NCBI GenBank assembly: GCA_038046345.1
Contig: JBBSWJ010000005.1
Coordinates: 36,083 to 100,082, forward strand
DNA from: Nanobdellota archaeon
GTDB taxonomy: Archaea; Nanobdellota; Nanobdellia; SCGC-AAA011-G17; JACPNG01
Length of the DNA stretch: 64,000 nucleotides
Reading direction: 5' to 3'
Within the stretch, counting starts at the first letter, position 1. Each line of letters begins with the position of its first letter. Under the pieces are notes generated by a model. That model had not been told where the DNA came from, did no database searches, and was given only the letters and a program-made list of their open reading frames with translations. Shown here one piece after another: positions 20,158-32,733 of this stretch. A program made the translations under genes and the position numbers.

Positions 20158-21396
20158 ATGAAAAAAACAAACGAGGTACTTCAACCAGAAATAAATATTG
20201 GACTGGTAGGTCATGTAGACCATGGGAAAACAACTATTCTTGAAAGACTATCAGGTAAATGGGCAGATACTCATTCAGAAGAAATAAAACGTGGAATCAC
20301 AATCAGACTCGGCTATGCAAACACTACAATATACCAATGCCCAAAATGCAAAGAATTACCATACACAACACAAGAAAAATGCCAAAAATGTAAGTCTAAA
20401 TCAAGCCCAGTAAGATCAATAAGCTTCATAGATGCTCCAGGTCATGAAACTTTGATGGCAACAATGCTTTCAGGAGCAGCAATAATGGACGCAGCCTTGT
20501 TGTTAATAGCAGCAAACGAAGAATGCCCGCAACCTCAAACTAAAGAACATTTAACAGCATTAAGCATGATAGGAATAAAGAACATTATTATAATCCAAAA
20601 CAAAATTGATCTTGCAACAGAAGACCAACTTAAAAAAAATTACAATCAAATAAAAAATTTTGTTAAAGGAACAATAGCTGAAAAGGCAATAATCATTCCA
20701 ATATCAGCACAACATAATGCAAATATTGATATCTTAGTCAATGCAATACAAGAAGAATTTAAAACACCAAAAAGAGATCCAAAAAAAGTACCTTTAATGC
20801 TTATAGCTAGAAGTTTTGATGTAAACAAACCGGGTACAGAAATACAGCAATTAATTGGTGGTGTAATAGGAGGAAGCTTAAAGCAAGGAGTCATAAAAAT
20901 AAAAGATAAAATAGAGATTAAACCAGGAATTAAATCAGAAAAAGATGGAAAAATAACTTATATTCCAATCCAAACAGAAGTTGTAAATATTAATAGTGGA
21001 TCAAACAAACTTAACGAAGCAAGACCCGGCGGTAGCATTGCAATATTAACAAAATTAGATCCTTCAATAGTAAAATCAGATAGTTTATCCGGAGGATTAG
21101 TAAGCCATCCTGGGGGATTACCTGAAACAAGAATAGAGCTATTATTAAAACCAGAATTACTTGAACGTGTTGTTGGCAGCGGTGAAGAAGCTAAAGTAAC
21201 TTCCATAAAAAAAGGAGAACCACTAATGCTTAATGTTAACGCAACAGCAACAATAGGAGTTGTCACCGAATTAAAAAAAGATTTAATTAGAGTTAAACTA
21301 AAAAGACCAATCTGTGCATTCAAAGAAGATAGGATTACATTATCTCGATTGCTAGGAAGTAAATTTAGGCTTATTGGTATAGGAAGCATTGCTTAA
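20158..21396 (+). CDS. eif2g: Translation initiation factor aIF2 gamma
   Basis: [32 protein letters not shown], Zn ribbon, DAPGHE. Confidence 0.97.
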   Translation: MKKTNEVLQPEINIGLVGHVDHGKTTILERLSGKWADTHSEEIKRGITIRLGYANTTIYQCPKCKELPYTTQEKCQKCKSKSSPVRSISFIDAPGHETLMATMLSGAAIMDAALLLIAANEECPQPQTKEHLTALSMIGIKNIIIIQNKIDLATEDQLKKNYNQIKNFVKGTIAEKAIIIPISAQHNANIDILVNAIQEEFKTPKRDPKKVPLMLIARSFDVNKPGTEIQQLIGGVIGGSLKQGVIKIKDKIEIKPGIKSEKDGKITYIPIQTEVVNINSGSNKLNEARPGGSIAILTKLDPSIVKSDSLSGGLVSHPGGLPETRIELLLKPELLERVVGSGEEAKVTSIKKGEPLMLNVNATATIGVVTELKKDLIRVKLKRPICAFKEDRITLSRLLGSKFRLIGIGSIA

Positions 21397-21398
21397 GA

Positions 21399-21707
21399 TC
21401 ATTCTTTCTTGTTAAAAGCATCATAAACATCATAAATAATATATCCAGCAGCTCTGCCAGGGAAAGTCAAGAAATGACCAACCGCACCACTGATTGGATG
21501 ATCTTCAGTAAACCACTCATATGTCATCTGTTCAATACTTGCTGGATCTCTCCCTAGCAGTGGCCGTATCTGAATCAACATTGCAGAATTTACCAAAAGC
21601 AAATTTATAGAAAAAAGTTTCCAATATAATCCCAGCATGCGCTTAAAGTAATTATCCTCAGAACGAATAGCACGTTTTAGTTTATCAGAGCGATTATCAT
21701 TATACAT
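21399..21707 (-). CDS. Hypothetical membrane protein
   Basis: About 102-aa ORF with one hydrophobic helix, downstream of gyrA. Confidence 0.5.
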   Translation of the reverse strand: MYNDNRSDKLKRAIRSEDNYFKRMLGLYWKLFSINLLLVNSAMLIQIRPLLGRDPASIEQMTYEWFTEDHPISGAVGHFLTFPGRAAGYIIYDVYDAFNKKE

Positions 21708-24129
21708 CTTTTGCCTCAAGATTATTCATGATAACACGTGCAATAGTAGTAAGTTTATCATTTTGGTCCAATCTCATTAGTCTAACCCCTTGAGTATTTC
21801 TGCCAACCACACCAATATCTTTTGCATTAGTACGTATGATTATACCATTTTCGCTCATTAACATAACCTCATTATTCTCTTTAACAGTTTTTATTCCAAC
21901 TACTTTTCCATTCCGCTCTGATGTTTGAATATTAATAACTCCCTTTCCACCGCGGCGAGTTAACCGATATTCACTTATTTCAGTACGTTTACCAAAGCCA
22001 TTTTCTGTAACCGTTAATAAAAAGCCAGCTGGAAGGGCAACCTCCATACCGATTACTTCATCATCACTATCAAGTTTTATACCTCTAACTCCAGAAGCAT
22101 TACGCCCTACACTAGGTACATCCTTATCACTAAAACGAACTGCCATTCCATTTTTAGATGCAAGTATAATTTCAAGATTTTTAGGTGTTAAACGTGCTTG
22201 TACTAAATTATCCCCCTCGCGAAGTTTTATGCTAGCAATCCCACCGCGGCGTGGATTTGAAAAATCAGACAGTGAAGTTTTTTTTATTACGCCTTTTTTT
22301 GTAGCAAACAGTATAAACAATGGATCACTAAAATTTTTTATAGGCAAAACAGCACTGATCATTTCACCATCAACTAACTGTAATAAGTTAACTAATGCAG
22401 TGCCAAGACCATAACGGGAAATTTCAGGAACATGGAAGACTGGTAACCAGTGCACTTTTCCAAGATTTGTAAATACCAACAGCGTATTATGATTGCTTGT
22501 TATAAACATTTGTTCAACAATATCTTCTTTTTTAGTAGCTGCACCAACAATCCCACGCCCACCACGTTTCTGTTGGCGATAAGTAACTAATGGTATTTGT
22601 TTAATGTATCCAGCTTTAGTGATTGTGATAACTACATCTGCCTCTTGTATTAGATCTTTGCTTTCTAAAATTAAGTCGGCTTCATTATCAAGCTGAATAA
22701 TTTCAGTTCTTCTGCTATCACCATATAATGTTTTCATTTCAATTGCTTCATCTTTAACAATTCCGAGTATACGTTTCGGATTATCAAGTAAACTTTTTAG
22801 TTCTGCAATAAATTTAATAAGTTCATCATGCTCAGTTTGTATTCTTTCTCGTTCAAGACCAGTAATCTTCTGCAGCTTCATATCAAGAATTGCTTGAGAC
22901 TGGATATCAGAAAGATTGTAATTAGCAGTTAATGATTGTTTTGCTACTTCAGCATTCTCAGCTTTCTTTAATAAAACAATTATTGGATCGATATTTTGAA
23001 GTGCAATACTTAAACCAGCAAGGATATGCAAACGCTTCTGAGAAACTTCCAAATCAAATTGAGTTCTTCTGGTGACAACTTCCTTTCTATGAAGAATATA
23101 ACTTTCAAGTGCTAATTTAAGCGGGAATAACACTGGGCGACTTTTATCGAGCGCCAGCATATTAACTCCAAACGTGCTTTGCAGTTGGGAATGTTTAAAT
23201 AACTGGTTTGATAGAACTTCTGGGTTTGCAGAATCCTTTAATATCAGTACTATACTCATACCGCCCCTGTCAGATTCATCTCGTATATCACGTATTCCTT
23301 CTATTACTTTGGTTCTAACAAGGTCAGCTATCTCTTCAATAATTGTTGCTTTATTTGTTTGGTAAGGTATCTCTCTGATAATTATTCTTTTATCTTTGAT
23401 CTCCGTTCTTGCACGAACAATAATCTTTCCTCTACCAGTTATGAAAGCATTTTTAATGCCATTAGTTCCAATTATTAATCCGCCAGTTGGAAAGTCTGGT
23501 CCTTTAATAAAACTCATTAATTCTTCAACTGATATGTCGGGATTATCAATCAAAGCAACTAATGCATCACATGTCTCAGTAAGATTATGCGGCGGGATAT
23601 TTGTCGCCATACCAACAGCAATACCTGAACTCCCGTTTACTAATAGATTTGGGAATTTAGACGGAAGAACAACTGGTTCTTGTGTAGATGCATCAAAATT
23701 TGGTATTAAGTTCACTGTATTTTTCTCTATGTCTGATAATAATTCCTCACCAATCTTTGCAAGTCTTGCTTCAGTATATCTCATATGCGCTGGAGTGGTA
23801 AAATCTACACTACCAAAGTTACCATGACCATTTATCAATGGGTACCTTAATGAAAAATCCTGTGCCATTCTAACAAGCGAATCATAAATTGCTGAGTCTC
23901 CATGCGGATGATACCTAAAACAATCACCTACTATCCTTGCAGATTTAACAAAGGGCTTATTATTTTTTAACCCCATGCCATGCATAGAATATAATAATCG
24001 CCTATGAACTGGTTTAAGCCCATCACGAACATCTGGTAATGCTCTCGAGGTTATCACAGACATAGCATAATTTATGTAATTAGCCTTCATCTCATCTTCG
24101 ACTAATTTTTGCTGTATTTGTTCTGGCAT
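21700..24129 (-). CDS. gyrA: DNA gyrase subunit A
   Basis: SRALPDVRDGLKPVHRR, YHPHGDS, MRYTEARL catalytic Tyr, GyrA-box QKRGGRG, beta-pinwheel repeats. Confidence 0.97.
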   Translation of the reverse strand: MPEQIQQKLVEDEMKANYINYAMSVITSRALPDVRDGLKPVHRRLLYSMHGMGLKNNKPFVKSARIVGDCFRYHPHGDSAIYDSLVRMAQDFSLRYPLINGHGNFGSVDFTTPAHMRYTEARLAKIGEELLSDIEKNTVNLIPNFDASTQEPVVLPSKFPNLLVNGSSGIAVGMATNIPPHNLTETCDALVALIDNPDISVEELMSFIKGPDFPTGGLIIGTNGIKNAFITGRGKIIVRARTEIKDKRIIIREIPYQTNKATIIEEIADLVRTKVIEGIRDIRDESDRGGMSIVLILKDSANPEVLSNQLFKHSQLQSTFGVNMLALDKSRPVLFPLKLALESYILHRKEVVTRRTQFDLEVSQKRLHILAGLSIALQNIDPIIVLLKKAENAEVAKQSLTANYNLSDIQSQAILDMKLQKITGLERERIQTEHDELIKFIAELKSLLDNPKRILGIVKDEAIEMKTLYGDSRRTEIIQLDNEADLILESKDLIQEADVVITITKAGYIKQIPLVTYRQQKRGGRGIVGAATKKEDIVEQMFITSNHNTLLVFTNLGKVHWLPVFHVPEISRYGLGTALVNLLQLVDGEMISAVLPIKNFSDPLFILFATKKGVIKKTSLSDFSNPRRGGIASIKLREGDNLVQARLTPKNLEIILASKNGMAVRFSDKDVPSVGRNASGVRGIKLDSDDEVIGMEVALPAGFLLTVTENGFGKRTEISEYRLTRRGGKGVINIQTSERNGKVVGIKTVKENNEVMLMSENGIIIRTNAKDIGVVGRNTQGVRLMRLDQNDKLTTIARVIMNNLEAKDV

Positions 24130-24130
24130 T

Positions 24131-26017
<1,887 letters not shown>

Positions 26018-26204
26018 TTACCCTTATCTATCTTTAGATAGGGCTTATTTTTAAAGTTTTCTAAATAAAAAGTGCTTAAATTTTGATACTAGACGGCTTT
26101 ACAAGCATGTTTTTGTCTTTATAACCAAGACTGTAAATTTAACTTTACTACTCAAGAATAGGTATAATACAAAGATTTAAAAAGTAGTAAAGATTTTTAA
26201 CTAT

Positions 26205-26648
26205 ATGAGCATATCATTAATACCAAGAGAGCCTAATGGAAACTTATTAATCGAGCGCGAAGATGGGCTAATATTACTACTCATTGGAGATTGTTTTATA
26301 CAGAGTGATAAAGAGGGCACGATTGTTTACGGAACTAGCTACCATGATGGATGGTGCTCTGATCAGCAGGTAAGCCCATTTAATATAGCAAGGTGTGTAA
26401 TCCCAATTAGTGATGGAAGAAGCCAACAAATGAGAACAAAAAGATTAGCAAGAGAGTTGTTGAAAAATAGGTATGGAATGGCACTTACAGCCCCGCACAT
26501 TAACAAAGCATATAATTATATGTCCAGACAATTAACAGCCCAATGTAATCTCAACCCAACACCACTTGACGAATTGGAGCAAATATTCAACTTTTATGCA
26601 GACTGGATAAAAGACAGACCAAAAAAACCACGCAAAGTAGTCAGATAG
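26205..26648 (+). CDS. Hypothetical protein
   Basis: 147-aa ORF preceded by a TATA-like element. Confidence 0.6.
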   Translation: MSISLIPREPNGNLLIEREDGLILLLIGDCFIQSDKEGTIVYGTSYHDGWCSDQQVSPFNIARCVIPISDGRSQQMRTKRLARELLKNRYGMALTAPHINKAYNYMSRQLTAQCNLNPTPLDELEQIFNFYADWIKDRPKKPRKVVR

Positions 26649-26728
26649 CCTATTACACCAAGTATAATAATTTACTACTTTAGAGTGTTAAAACGTAGAA
26701 AGCTTTATATACCCGCCAGTTTGTCAAA

Positions 26729-27541
26729 ATGATAGATAACATGATAGTACAAGAAGAATTTTTAAAAAAGCTAAGAGCATCATTTGATTTGAATATTTAT
26801 GAAGTAAAAGTATGGACTGCGCTCCTGTCAAGGGGATTAGCCACAGCAGGAGAACTATCTGACATAAGCAATGTGCCAAGGTCTAGAAGTTACGATGTAT
26901 TAGAATCATTAGAAAAAAAAGGTTTTGTAATAATGAAAATAGGAAAACCAATAAAGTATATCGCAGTATCCCCAGAAGAAATTCTTAAACGTGTAAAAAA
27001 AGTAATCACAATTAACGCAGGGGAACAAATAAGATCATATGATAATATAAAATCAAGTAATCTATTCAGCGAACTTGAATTATTGTACAAACAAGGAATA
27101 GACAAAGTTGAGCCAACAAGCCTTTCCGGAGCAATTCGCGGTCGTGACGCTATTTATAATCATATTGAATCACTAATGGAACAAGCCAAAAAAACAGTCA
27201 CTATTTCAACCACATATGATGGATTTCAAAGAAAAGTTATAAATTTCATAGACACCTTCAAGAAACTTAAATCAAGAGGGATAAAAATTAGGATTATGGT
27301 ATCTCCAAACAAAGAAGCAAGAAATATCGTGAAAGAATTAAAAGGTATTGCTGAAATAAGGATAAACCAGTCCGATGCCACTTCAAGATTTATTATAGTA
27401 GACAACAAAAACGTGATGTTCATGCTTTCAAATGATAAAGACGTACATGAAAGCTATGATATAGGCATATGGGTAAATACTCCTTTCTTTGCAACAGCTC
27501 TTGAGAACTTGTTTGATATAAACTGGGATAAGCTAAAATAA
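26729..27541 (+). CDS. TrmB-family transcriptional regulator
   Basis: LNIYEVKVWTALL..VPRSRSYDVLESLEKKGF HTH plus C-terminal PLD-like domain. Confidence 0.9.
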   Translation: MIDNMIVQEEFLKKLRASFDLNIYEVKVWTALLSRGLATAGELSDISNVPRSRSYDVLESLEKKGFVIMKIGKPIKYIAVSPEEILKRVKKVITINAGEQIRSYDNIKSSNLFSELELLYKQGIDKVEPTSLSGAIRGRDAIYNHIESLMEQAKKTVTISTTYDGFQRKVINFIDTFKKLKSRGIKIRIMVSPNKEARNIVKELKGIAEIRINQSDATSRFIIVDNKNVMFMLSNDKDVHESYDIGIWVNTPFFATALENLFDINWDKLK

Positions 27542-27679
27542 TCAAACATAATCTCAGGTTAATACAAGACTAGCACCAGTTATAAAAAGTTTCAAAGTAG
27601 ACCATAAAAAACTAAACAACTAATAGCTACCAACATCAACCCTTAATTTTATAAACATCTACAATCTATAACTATCCTT

Positions 27680-29191
27680 ATGAATTCAGAACTAATAGAT
27701 AGTTTACACCCATTAGAAAGAAAAATTATACCGCTCATCACCCAGAATATGAATTTTAATACATTACTAGAAAAAACAGGTATGGGCGAAGTTGAATCAT
27801 TAAGAGCATTACAATGGCTTGAAAAAAAGAAAGCTTTAATCTTACATAGAGATGTCATAGAAGTAATATCTTTAGGAAAAAACGGTAAAGAGTACCTACA
27901 ACAAGGCTTGCCAGAGAGAAAATTCTTAAAAGTTTTACTAACACCACTATTACTCACAGATGTTCAGACCAAGATAAACCTGTCAAAAGAAGAATTAAAT
28001 GTCTCACTAGGAGTATTAAAAAGAAGAAAATTAATAGACTTAGAAAAAGGAAAAGCTTCAATCACACAGCAAGGCAAAAATTTTTTTAAGAAAGATTTTC
28101 CAGAAGAGATATTCCTAAAGAGCTTACCAACAGAAACTAAAAATCTAAAAGAAGAAGAGCTTAGCATATTTAAAGAACTATTAGAAAGGAAAGACATACT
28201 TCAAGTAGATATTAGAAAAGTAAGGAAAATTGAACTAACAGATATTGGTAAACAGCTACAAGCTCAAAAATTAGATAATGTAATGAACAAACTTACACCA
28301 TCAATGTTAAAAACCGGATCTTGGAAAAACACTATTCTACGGCCATATGATCTAGAACAAGACGTTGGCAAACGACACTACGGCAAAAGACATTTTGTTA
28401 ATCAATCAATTGCTTACGCAAGGAGAGTCTGGTTAGACATGGGGTTTAAAGAAATGACCGGAACATACACACAAACTAGCTTTTGGAATTTTGATGCATT
28501 GTTCACTGCTCAAGATCACCCAGTAAGAGATTTGCAGGATACTTTTTACATAGAACATCCTTCAAATGGCAAACTACCAAACAAACAATTAGTTAATTCT
28601 ATAAAAAAAGTTCACGAATATGGGGGCAATACCAAAAGTTTAGGCTGGAGGTATAAATGGGATCCAAAAGCAGCATCAAGAAATGTTTTGAGAACTCATA
28701 CTACCTGTTTATCTGCAAAAACATTATACAGCCTAAGAAATTCTAATAGTTCAGCAAAATTTTTCGCTCTTGGTAAAAATTTTAGAAACGAAACAATTGA
28801 CTGGGGGCACTTATTTGAATTTAATCAAACTGAAGGTATTGTAATCGATCCAAGTGCTAATTTCAGAGATCTACTTGGTTATTTAAAGCAGTTCATGAAA
28901 AAGATGGGTTACAAAAAAGTCAGGTTTAGGCCTGCCTACTTTCCGTACACATTTTGTAGTACAGAGTTTGATGTTTTTCATCCAGTGCATAAGAAATGGA
29001 TTGAGCTTGGCGGTGCAGGAATGTTACGCCCAGAAGTTGTTATTCCATTATTAGGAAAAGATATTCCTGTATTAGCCTGGGGCCCTGGATTTGATAGGAT
29101 TATGACAGATTACTACAAAATTAACGATCTTAGAGACATATACAAAAATGATATTAAACAATTAAGAGAAACAAAAGTATGGTTAAAATAA
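27680..29191 (+). CDS. pheS: Phenylalanine--tRNA ligase alpha subunit
   Basis: WNFDALF..QDHP.RDLQDTFY, LRTHTT, FRNETID..H..EFNQTEG, ELGGAGMLRPEV. Confidence 0.97.
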   Translation: MNSELIDSLHPLERKIIPLITQNMNFNTLLEKTGMGEVESLRALQWLEKKKALILHRDVIEVISLGKNGKEYLQQGLPERKFLKVLLTPLLLTDVQTKINLSKEELNVSLGVLKRRKLIDLEKGKASITQQGKNFFKKDFPEEIFLKSLPTETKNLKEEELSIFKELLERKDILQVDIRKVRKIELTDIGKQLQAQKLDNVMNKLTPSMLKTGSWKNTILRPYDLEQDVGKRHYGKRHFVNQSIAYARRVWLDMGFKEMTGTYTQTSFWNFDALFTAQDHPVRDLQDTFYIEHPSNGKLPNKQLVNSIKKVHEYGGNTKSLGWRYKWDPKAASRNVLRTHTTCLSAKTLYSLRNSNSSAKFFALGKNFRNETIDWGHLFEFNQTEGIVIDPSANFRDLLGYLKQFMKKMGYKKVRFRPAYFPYTFCSTEFDVFHPVHKKWIELGGAGMLRPEVVIPLLGKDIPVLAWGPGFDRIMTDYYKINDLRDIYKNDIKQLRETKVWLK

Positions 29192-30838
29192 ATGCCCACA
29201 ATAACACTAAACAGAAAAGTATTTGAAAGGCTGGTTGGTAAGAAACTTCCAACTGAAAAGCTTAAAGATCGTATTAGTATGCTTGGCACTGATCTTGAAA
29301 AAGTTACAGACAATGAAATTATTGTTGAAGTTTTCCCTAATCGCCCGGATATGCTATCAGAACAAGGTTTTGCAAGGGCATTTAGTAGTTTTATCGGCGT
29401 TAAAAAAGGTTTAAGGAAATATAAAGTAAGAGAATCAAATGAACAAGTAATTGTACACCCGCAAGTTAAGAATATTAGACCCTTTACTGCTTGTGCTATT
29501 GTTAAAAACTTAAAGTTTACTGACGAAAGCATTCGCGAGATAGTGCAAATCCAGGAGAAATTACATATTACTTACGGGCGTAACAGGAAGCGCTGTGCTA
29601 TTGGGGTATACCCTTTAGACAAGATATCATTACCAATTCATTACACAGCAAAAAAACCATCAGAAATCAAATTCCAACCTTTAGATAAAGATAAAGAACT
29701 GAAAGCTGACGAAATTCTTAAACTGCATCCTACTGGCATAGAGTATGCTCATTTGCTTAAAGATGCTGTATTATTCCCAATTTTTCACGATTCAAGAGAT
29801 AATATTCTTTCAATGCCGCCAATAATTAATTCTGAAACAGCTGGGAAGATTACAGAAGATACTAAAGATGTATTTGTTGAATGTTCAGGGCATGATCTAA
29901 CTGTGTTAGAGATATGTTTAAACATTATTGTTACTGCACTAGCAGATATGGGCGGAGATATTTACAGCATGAAAATAAACTATGGCTCTAAGCAAGTAAT
30001 CACACCAAATCTAACACCAAGAAAAATCAAAATGGATAGTTCATATTATAATAAACTGCTTGGGCTTAATCTTTCTAACTCTCAAATTAAATCATTCTTA
30101 TTAAGGATGGGTTATGATGTCCAAGGTAGTACCATTTTAATTCCTGCTTATCGTGCAGATATCCTTCATCAAGTGGATATTGCAGGAGATATTGCTATTG
30201 CTTACGGATATGAAAATTTTAAAGAAAAAATACCTGATGTAGCAACAATTGCTGAAGAGGATAGTTTGGAAAATTTTAAAGAAAAAGTAATCACTATATT
30301 ATTAGGCTTAGGATTTTTAGAGACAAGCACTTATCATATCACTAGCGAAACAATTCAAAATGAAAAGATGAATAATAAATTTCCATTAATCAAACTAAGT
30401 AACGCACTAAGCCAGGAATTTACTGTTATCCGTTCAAAGATGCTGCCCTGTTTAATGCAGGTTCTTTCAGAAAATTTACATCATGAATACCCTCAAAATC
30501 TGTGTGAGATTGGTAGAGTCTTTAAAGAAGAGAAAACTACTGAGACTGGAATTAATGAAAATGAGAATCTAGCCATAGTAATAGCTCATGGTAACTCTGA
30601 TTTTTCAGAATTAAAAAAAGTATTATCCACATTGATGTCTGCTTTGAGTATTAAATACATCATAAAACCAACAGTTCACAATTCTTTTATCAAAGGTCGT
30701 GTTGGAAATATTATAATCAACAAAAAAGAACTTGGTTATATTGGTGAGTTACATCCGCAAGTCTTAACTAATTTTAACTTAGGAGTTCCAGTTGCAGCTT
30801 TAGAATTAAATATTAATGAATTATTTAAACTTGTATAA
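29192..30838 (+). CDS. pheT: Phenylalanine--tRNA ligase beta subunit
   Basis: PNRPDMLS, MPPIINS, YRADILHQVD. Confidence 0.96.
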   Translation: MPTITLNRKVFERLVGKKLPTEKLKDRISMLGTDLEKVTDNEIIVEVFPNRPDMLSEQGFARAFSSFIGVKKGLRKYKVRESNEQVIVHPQVKNIRPFTACAIVKNLKFTDESIREIVQIQEKLHITYGRNRKRCAIGVYPLDKISLPIHYTAKKPSEIKFQPLDKDKELKADEILKLHPTGIEYAHLLKDAVLFPIFHDSRDNILSMPPIINSETAGKITEDTKDVFVECSGHDLTVLEICLNIIVTALADMGGDIYSMKINYGSKQVITPNLTPRKIKMDSSYYNKLLGLNLSNSQIKSFLLRMGYDVQGSTILIPAYRADILHQVDIAGDIAIAYGYENFKEKIPDVATIAEEDSLENFKEKVITILLGLGFLETSTYHITSETIQNEKMNNKFPLIKLSNALSQEFTVIRSKMLPCLMQVLSENLHHEYPQNLCEIGRVFKEEKTTETGINENENLAIVIAHGNSDFSELKKVLSTLMSALSIKYIIKPTVHNSFIKGRVGNIIINKKELGYIGELHPQVLTNFNLGVPVAALELNINELFKLV

Positions 30839-31129
30839 AACCTTAGAAAATTCATAAATTTTATCACCATCAAACTGAATTCCTTCTTTTTGTAACAATT
30901 TCTTTTTATTTTTACTTCCATAAACAAATCCACCAATTTTTCCGCTTGAGTTTACTGCTCTATGGCATGGAACTTCTTGGCAACGATTTTTATTCAAGGC
31001 ACTTCCAACTGCCCTGTAAGCTGTAGTGCCTAATTTTTCTGCTACTATCTTGTACGTAGATACTTTACCGGATGGTATTTCTTTAACAACGGTCCATACT
31101 CTTTTATTTAAAGATATTTTTTCAGCCAT
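30821..31129 (-). CDS. ogt: Methylated-DNA--protein-cysteine methyltransferase (MGMT family)
   Basis: IPSGKVSTY, RAVGSAL, VPCHRAV active-site motif. Confidence 0.88.
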   Translation of the reverse strand: MAEKISLNKRVWTVVKEIPSGKVSTYKIVAEKLGTTAYRAVGSALNKNRCQEVPCHRAVNSSGKIGGFVYGSKNKKKLLQKEGIQFDGDKIYEFSKVLYKFK

Positions 31130-31731
31130 TCTTTTATTTTATTTATTAATGCTTTATCGAGCATATTTACCCCGTGTAATTTATTATGTAATTCTAGTAG
31201 TTCCTTTTCCTCGTTAGGAATGCTTCCATAAATAGTACTGGAAGTTTCAGTGCTGTATCCATCACCATCACCAACAACTATCAAGGTAGGTATATTTAAC
31301 ATTGCGGAATTCTCATCAATGTCTATACCACGATAGTTAAGCCCAGGAGACAGCGCAACTACTGTTTTTAAATTATGATCCACTCCGTATTTTATTGCTA
31401 AATTTGCGCCTATGCTTGCACCGATTATACCGATTTCAGTAACTTTTTTTTCTTTTAAGTATTTCTCTGCAGCTTCTATATCATTTATCATATTATTAAA
31501 ATCTTTATCATTAAAACTTCCCCATTCTAAATCTGATGCACCATGCCCTCTTAGGTCAATAGCAATCATATGATACTCTGTTAGCTCATTAATCAGTTTA
31601 TTCCAGGATTCTTTTGATGAAGCTAACTGGTGTAAAAATATTATTCCTTTTGTTGATTCACCTTTAAAATAACTAGCAGCAATACTTATCCCGTCTGTTG
31701 TGATTAGCTCTACATTTTGTTCCATGGTCAT
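31108..31731 (-). CDS. Alpha/beta hydrolase
   Basis: AIDLRGHG, GASIG nucleophile elbow, GDGD, LHG. Confidence 0.88.
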   Translation of the reverse strand: MTMEQNVELITTDGISIAASYFKGESTKGIIFLHQLASSKESWNKLINELTEYHMIAIDLRGHGASDLEWGSFNDKDFNNMINDIEAAEKYLKEKKVTEIGIIGASIGANLAIKYGVDHNLKTVVALSPGLNYRGIDIDENSAMLNIPTLIVVGDGDGYSTETSSTIYGSIPNEEKELLELHNKLHGVNMLDKALINKIKEWLKKYL

Positions 31732-31777
31732 ATTGCTTTACAATAAAACTTTTAAATGTTTTGATACACCAACTGTT

Positions 31778-32026
31778 ATGGTTGATTACGATTTAGAAAT
31801 TGAGGAAGCAGTTCAAATTATAAGCTCAGAAAAAGCCAAAACTGTGCTAGTCCAATTACCTGACGGACTAAAAAAAGAAGCTACTTTAATTTCAAGTATT
31901 CTAAAAGAAAAAACTGGTGCAGAAATTATTATTTGGGCAGAATCTACATTTGGAGCATGCGACATCCCAGACCTACCAGTAGACATAGTTATACAGTGGG
32001 GGCATACTCAATGGACAACCAAATAA
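31778..32026 (+). CDS. Short (82-aa) Dph2-like diphthamide synthesis protein, N-terminal domain only
   Basis: VLVQLPDGLK, STFGACD, IQWGH match the Dph2 N-terminus. Confidence 0.8.
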   Translation: MVDYDLEIEEAVQIISSEKAKTVLVQLPDGLKKEATLISSILKEKTGAEIIIWAESTFGACDIPDLPVDIVIQWGHTQWTTK

Positions 32027-32601
32027 GAGTAGTAATAGCTGGTGGGCCATATTGTGGTAAAACAACAGTAATAAATGAATTAAGCACACAGGGCTTTAGG
32101 ACAATAAACGAAGCAACAACGGAGATTATTAAAAAGGAACAAGAAGCAGGTAATAACGAACCATGGTTAGAAAGAGAAAAATTTCAGAAAAAAATCATGG
32201 ATCTTCAAATTCAACAGTTTAATTCAGCAAAAAATAATGTAATTACTTTTTATGATCGGGGTTTAGTTGATGGATTAGCATACTATCATTTAGATGGCAT
32301 TGACCCACCAAAAGAACTAACAGAACATGCCTCAAAAAAAAGGTATAATCTTGTTTTCATTCCGGATCTTATTGAAGGATTCAAACCTGACAAAACTCGT
32401 GGTGAATCACTTGAAGAACGTAAGCTAGTTCATGAGCTTATCAGAAAATGTTATTCTGATCATGGTTATAATGTAATTAATATACCAAGCATAAGCGTTT
32501 CTGAACGTGTATTGTTTATTAAAAAGAAGATTAGCGAGCATAAACTACTTTTAAAAGATAATATACGCCGAGAGCAGGATTTGAACCTGCATATCCGTTA
32601 G
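32011..32601 (+). CDS. AAA_28 / NadR-like P-loop kinase-ATPase
   Basis: GGPYCGKTT, FYDRGLVDGLAY, RYNLVF; 3' end overlaps tRNA-Ser antisense. Confidence 0.85.
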   Translation: MDNQIRVVIAGGPYCGKTTVINELSTQGFRTINEATTEIIKKEQEAGNNEPWLEREKFQKKIMDLQIQQFNSAKNNVITFYDRGLVDGLAYYHLDGIDPPKELTEHASKKRYNLVFIPDLIEGFKPDKTRGESLEERKLVHELIRKCYSDHGYNVINIPSISVSERVLFIKKKISEHKLLLKDNIRREQDLNLHIR

Positions 32602-32661
32602 GAAACAAGCTTACTGGTATAATTTCCAGGCTTGCGCAATACCAAGTTATGCGATCTCGGC
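32566..32661 (-). tRNA. tRNA-Ser(GGA) with a 12-nt canonical 37/38 intron (32612-32623)
   Basis: GCCGAGA/UCUCGGC, G73, long variable arm, CAAGC/GCUUG stem; splice helix CUGG/CCAG with AA|A and UA|A bulges. Confidence 0.92.
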
Positions 32662-32733
32662 ATGTTATTGAAATAGGTATGTCATTAAAAAATGTTTTGT
32701 TAAGAGAATATTTATAATGTTTCATATACCATC

